From a bacterium (GTDB lineage Bacteria > Cyanobacteriota > Vampirovibrionia > Gastranaerophilales > Gastranaerophilaceae), in assembly GCA_017471365.1 (NCBI GenBank), contig JAFUUC010000003.1:1-57389 (forward strand): a DNA stretch of 57,389 bases, given 5' to 3'. Each line of letters begins with the position of its first letter. Positions within the stretch are counted from its first letter, which is position 1. A program made the translations under genes and the position numbers. A model generated the notes under the pieces. It was not told where the DNA came from. It searched no databases and worked only from the letters and a program-made list of their open reading frames with translations. Below are positions 54,064 to 57,389 of this stretch, piece after piece.

Positions 54064-55107
54064 ATGAGAACATACTCACGCGAGATGAAAAAATGCATAA
54101 AATTAGCAAAGCTTGCTCAGGGCAAAACATCTCCCAACCCGCTAGTTGGTTGTCTAATTTTAGATAGAGAAAATAATGTCATTTCAACCGGTTACCACGC
54201 AAAATATGGACAATACCACGCAGAGCGTGACGCCCTATCAAAGTTGGATTCAGCACAAGGCTGTACACTAATTGTAAACCTGGAACCTTGCTGTCATCAA
54301 GGCAAAACTCCTCCTTGTACTGACATTATCCTCAAAAAAGGAATTAAACGGGTTGTCTACGGGATGCAAGACCCAAATCCTTTAGTTTCCGGCAAAGGTC
54401 TAAAGATCTTGAAAGAAGCAGGAATTGAAATCATTGGACCGGTCTTAGAAGATGAATGCCGAAAACTTAATGAAATATTTATAAAAAATCAAACAGAACA
54501 CAAAACCTTTGTTGCCATAAAAACAGCCACAACCATTGATGGTAAAATAGCTACATACAATGGTGATTCAAAATGGATAACTTCTCAAAAAGCTCGAGAA
54601 CACGCAAGAAGATTACGAAAAATATACGATGCTATATTAACTTCTTCCTCGACAATTATTTCCGACAACCCCACAATGGAACATGAAAAAAAAGTGATTT
54701 TAGACCGCGAACTCAAAACCGATTTAAATTCAAATATATATAAACAAGGTGAAATCTACATTTTCCACTCTGCAACTTTCCCGGCCCCTGAAAGAAAAGA
54801 TACAAATATCACCTACATTCCGACACCGGTTAAAAATAACCGCCTTAATATAGAATTTATTCTAAAAAAGCTTTATGAAGTCGGAATAATGAGTGTTTTT
54901 GTAGAATCCGGCGGGAAATTAAATTCAAGCTTTCTTCCGTATGCTGACAAATTATACCATTTCATTGCACCGAAAATTCTTGCGGATAACTCAGGGAAAT
55001 CTTGCTTTGATGGATTAAGAAAAGATAAAATTTCAGATTGCACAAACTTTAACTTAGATTCATCGGAAGTTTTATCTGAAAATATACTTTTAACATACAA
55101 AAAATGA
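54064..55107 (+). CDS. ribD: bifunctional riboflavin biosynthesis deaminase/reductase
   Basis: HAERDAL and PCCHQGKTPPC deaminase motifs plus a C-terminal reductase domain. Confidence 0.9.
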   Translation: MRTYSREMKKCIKLAKLAQGKTSPNPLVGCLILDRENNVISTGYHAKYGQYHAERDALSKLDSAQGCTLIVNLEPCCHQGKTPPCTDIILKKGIKRVVYGMQDPNPLVSGKGLKILKEAGIEIIGPVLEDECRKLNEIFIKNQTEHKTFVAIKTATTIDGKIATYNGDSKWITSQKAREHARRLRKIYDAILTSSSTIISDNPTMEHEKKVILDRELKTDLNSNIYKQGEIYIFHSATFPAPERKDTNITYIPTPVKNNRLNIEFILKKLYEVGIMSVFVESGGKLNSSFLPYADKLYHFIAPKILADNSGKSCFDGLRKDKISDCTNFNLDSSEVLSENILLTYKK

Positions 55108-55146
55108 ACACCCTCAAAAACTTAAGGGCGTTCATTTTATTTTTAA
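55107..55146 (+). terminator. hairpin plus T-rich tail after ribD
   Basis: AACACCCT-9 nt-AGGGCGTT (one mismatch) followed by CATTTTATTTTT. Confidence 0.45.
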
Positions 55147-55151
55147 TCAAA

Positions 55152-56012
55152 CTAACCTAATTGGCTCATTACTTCTTCAGCAAAATTGTCTTGACGTTTT
55201 TCAAGCCCTTCGCCGAGTTCGTATCTTGTGAAAGCTTTCACGTTGAATTTACCTTCGATAAGTTTAGCAACAGTAGTGCTTGGATCTTTAACGAAAGCTT
55301 GATCAAGCAAGCATTTTTCAGCCATTAATTTGTTAATACGACCTTCAACGATTTTTGCTCTGATATTTTCAGGTTTTGATTGCAAATCTTCTTTACCCAT
55401 TTCAATTTCAGTTTCGTGGTCAATAACTGATTGAGGAATTTCGTCTCTTGAAACAAATTCAGGAGCACAAGAAGCAATGTGCAAGCACAAATCATTTGCC
55501 AATTCTTCGTCTTTTGCATCTGTTTGTAAAAGAACACCAATTTTACCGTTGTGAATGTATGTTGCAACGTTTCCTTCGTATCTTACAAATCTTCTCACGG
55601 TAATTTTTTCACCGATAGAAGCGATTTTTTCTTTCAAAGCATCAGCAATAACTTTGTTACATTTAGGGCAAGTCAAACCGAGCAAAGCATCAACGTCAGC
55701 CGGTTTTTGTTCCTCAACGTTTTGAGCAAGACCTTTTGCCAAACCTTGAAATTCTTCATTCTTTGCAACGAAGTCTGTTTCGCAGTTAACTTCGATCATA
55801 GCACCGCCGTTTGCATCGATATAAGATTCAACACGACCTTCTGCGGCGATTCTGCCCATTTTTTTATCAGCAGAAGCGATACCTTTCTGACGTAAAATTT
55901 CTGCTGCTTTTTCCATATCACCTTCGGCTTCAACAAGTGCTTTTTTGACATTCATCATACCGGCACCGGTTTTGTCACGAAGTTCTTTTACCATTTGAAC
56001 TGTAATTTCCAT
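55152..56012 (-). CDS. tsf: translation elongation factor Ts
   Basis: MVKELRDKTGAGMMNVKKAL, and position downstream of rpsB. Confidence 0.95.
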   Translation of the reverse strand: MEITVQMVKELRDKTGAGMMNVKKALVEAEGDMEKAAEILRQKGIASADKKMGRIAAEGRVESYIDANGGAMIEVNCETDFVAKNEEFQGLAKGLAQNVEEQKPADVDALLGLTCPKCNKVIADALKEKIASIGEKITVRRFVRYEGNVATYIHNGKIGVLLQTDAKDEELANDLCLHIASCAPEFVSRDEIPQSVIDHETEIEMGKEDLQSKPENIRAKIVEGRINKLMAEKCLLDQAFVKDPSTTVAKLIEGKFNVKAFTRYELGEGLEKRQDNFAEEVMSQLG

Positions 56013-56028
56013 TGATAATTCTCCTTAT

Positions 56029-56796
56029 TTATCCTTCGACTGCTTCCGGTGCAACACCTGCATCAGCAGCCGTAATTTTTTCAACTTTTTTAACTTCGTT
56101 CGCTTTGTTTTCTCTAAGCTGTTTACCTTCAAGAACAGCATCAGCAAGTTTTGAAGTTACCAATTGAATAGATCTGATAGCATCATCATTACCAGGGATG
56201 ATATAGTTAATTCCATCCGGATTGGCATTAGTGTCAGCCAAACAGATTACAGGAATACCCAATTTGTTTGCTTCTTTGATAGCGATTTCTTCTTTTTCTT
56301 GATCGATAACGAAGATAACATCAGGCAATCCTCTCATATCTTTAATACCACCAAGGGTTTTAGAAAGTTTTGAAAGTTGTCTGTTAATTTGAGCAACTTC
56401 TTTTTTAGGAAGTTTTTCAGCGTGACCGCTTGAAATAAATTCTTCCAATTCTTTCAACTTGTTAACACGGGTACGAATAGTTTCAAAGTTTGTTAACATA
56501 CCGCCTAACCATCTGCGGTTAATGTAATAAGCTCCACAGCGTTGAGCTTCTTGAGCCACAACTTCAGCGGATTGTTTTTTGGTACCAACAAAAAGAACAT
56601 TGCGTCCTCTTGCAGCAAAATCTCTAACAAGATTGTAAGCTTCATCTAATAAAACAGTAGTTTTTCTAAGGTCAATAACGTAAATTCCGTTACGAGCACC
56701 GTAGATATACGGTTTCATTTTAGGGTTCCATCTTTGAGTTTGGTGTCCGAAGTGTACACCTGCTTCCAAAAGTTCAATAATAGATGCTGTCGGCAT
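56029..56796 (-). CDS. rpsB: 30S ribosomal protein S2
   Basis: [19 protein letters not shown]. Confidence 0.95.
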   Translation of the reverse strand: MPTASIIELLEAGVHFGHQTQRWNPKMKPYIYGARNGIYVIDLRKTTVLLDEAYNLVRDFAARGRNVLFVGTKKQSAEVVAQEAQRCGAYYINRRWLGGMLTNFETIRTRVNKLKELEEFISSGHAEKLPKKEVAQINRQLSKLSKTLGGIKDMRGLPDVIFVIDQEKEEIAIKEANKLGIPVICLADTNANPDGINYIIPGNDDAIRSIQLVTSKLADAVLEGKQLRENKANEVKKVEKITAADAGVAPEAVEG

Positions 56797-56978
56797 CGGT
56801 TTTCTCCTTTATGTTTTATGTGTTGTACTACGGGAAACACTGCTCCATCGAATAATATCTTAAAAAATGCTATAGTTTAAGGTTTTATTTTCGACTAGGG
56901 CATAACCTATCAAGCCAGTGTAACCAAGGGTAAATTTATAATAAACAAAAAAAAAAGTAAAGTATAGATTAAATTATA

Positions 56979-57152
56979 TTAAACAAGCTCCAGATCAGCA
57001 CGTTTTTTCTTGCTTTTAGCGATGATCAGCTTGTCGTGTTCCATAACATATTCAACCATGTCAGTTTTGGGGTCAACTTTCAGAAGATCAAGTATAGTCG
57101 AATTAAGGCATAAAACCCAGCCATTCCCGTTTCTCATCAATTTTCTATCCAT
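56979..57152 (-). CDS. small AbrB/MazE/SpoVT-like (swapped-hairpin) DNA-binding protein candidate; absent from the ORF track (57 aa)
   Basis: Hand translation gives MDRKLMRNGNGWVLCLNSTILDLLKVDPKTDMVEYVMEHDKLIIAKSKKKRADLELV. The pattern R.....G.....L....L..L......D.V......D.L.I matches AbrB-type domains. An AGGG RBS is present. Confidence 0.4.
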   Translation of the reverse strand: MDRKLMRNGNGWVLCLNSTILDLLKVDPKTDMVEYVMEHDKLIIAKSKKKRADLELV

Positions 57153-57173
57153 ACATATACCCTAACATTTACC

Positions 57174-57202
57174 TTGACAAAATCATATTAACCATGTATA
57201 AT
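57174..57202 (+). promoter_or_regulatory. consensus sigma70 promoter
   Basis: TTGACA (57174-57179), a 17-nt spacer, then TATAAT (57197-57202). Confidence 0.6.
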
Positions 57203-57262
57203 TATTAATAGCGTAACATTGTACTGGTTATAGTATTGGTTAAAAATTGAAAGGAAGTTTGA

Positions 57263-57389
57263 ATGAAAAAAGAAGTACAAACGAACACTGGGGTAAACGA
57301 TTTTTGTCATTCTGAACAGTTCGGTATGACAGAGGAATTCCCCTCGCCACTTGTGGGAGAGGGGTTAGGGGTGAGGGGTGTTCCCGCAA
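57263..57389 (+). CDS. partial ORF reading through repeat elements (possibly the N-terminal extension of another DUF559-type gene beyond the window)
   Basis: A GAAAGGAAG RBS precedes MKKEVQTNTGVNDFCHSEQFGMTEEFPSPLVGEGLGVRGVPA... The ORF is still open at the window end. Confidence 0.35.
   Translation, partial: MKKEVQTNTGVNDFCHSEQFGMTEEFPSPLVGEGLGVRGVPA
57305..57331. repeat. minimal copy (termini only) of the TGTCAYCCTGAAC palindromic family
   Basis: TGTCATTCTGAAC-a-GTTCGGTATGACA. Confidence 0.6.
57340..57389. repeat. G-rich palindromic element (same class as 11364..11456), truncated by the window end
   Basis: CCCCTCGCCACTTGTGGGAGAGGGG followed by TTAGGGGTGAGGGGTG. Confidence 0.6.

Overview
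Low-GC (roughly one third G+C by eye), densely packed bacterial chromosomal window with about 60 protein genes, mostly housekeeping. These include ribosomal protein genes (rplJ-rplL, rplU-rpmA, rpsB-tsf), a partial dcw cluster (murF-mraY-murD-ftsW-murG), purA, ilvC, gap, gatB, tsaD, ribD and maf. Also present are a RelA/SpoT-NfeD-flotillin operon, an rny-ymdB-PHP-LOG cluster and an etfBA operon. I recognised no rRNA, tRNA, CRISPR array, transposase, integrase or canonical defence genes. Taxonomy cannot be fixed from the sequence alone; it looks like an uncultured low-GC anaerobe. The interesting material is scattered between the core genes. (1) Three prepilin-type genes have invariant ends and a hypervariable centre, and two of them are divergently paired with small XRE regulators. 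(2) A DUF559 (Vsr-fold) endonuclease gene is bracketed by about 70-bp composite inverted repeats, with solo copies of the same G-rich palindromic element elsewhere. (3) A second MITE-like palindromic family (TGTCAYCCTGAAC...) has one copy sitting inside the etfB-etfA operon. (4) Two tandem membrane-protein paralogues share a near-identical TM/stalk module, differ in their termini, and one carries a 51-bp in-frame VNTR. (5) A membrane-anchored paralogue of the L7/L12 C-terminal domain lies directly downstream of rplL. (6) The etfBA operon begins with a PyrK/NfnA-like reductase and a 60-aa four-Cys protein. (7) One large protein carries a calpain-like Cys/His/Asn motif set. All functional calls rest on motif recognition by eye; no database search was run.
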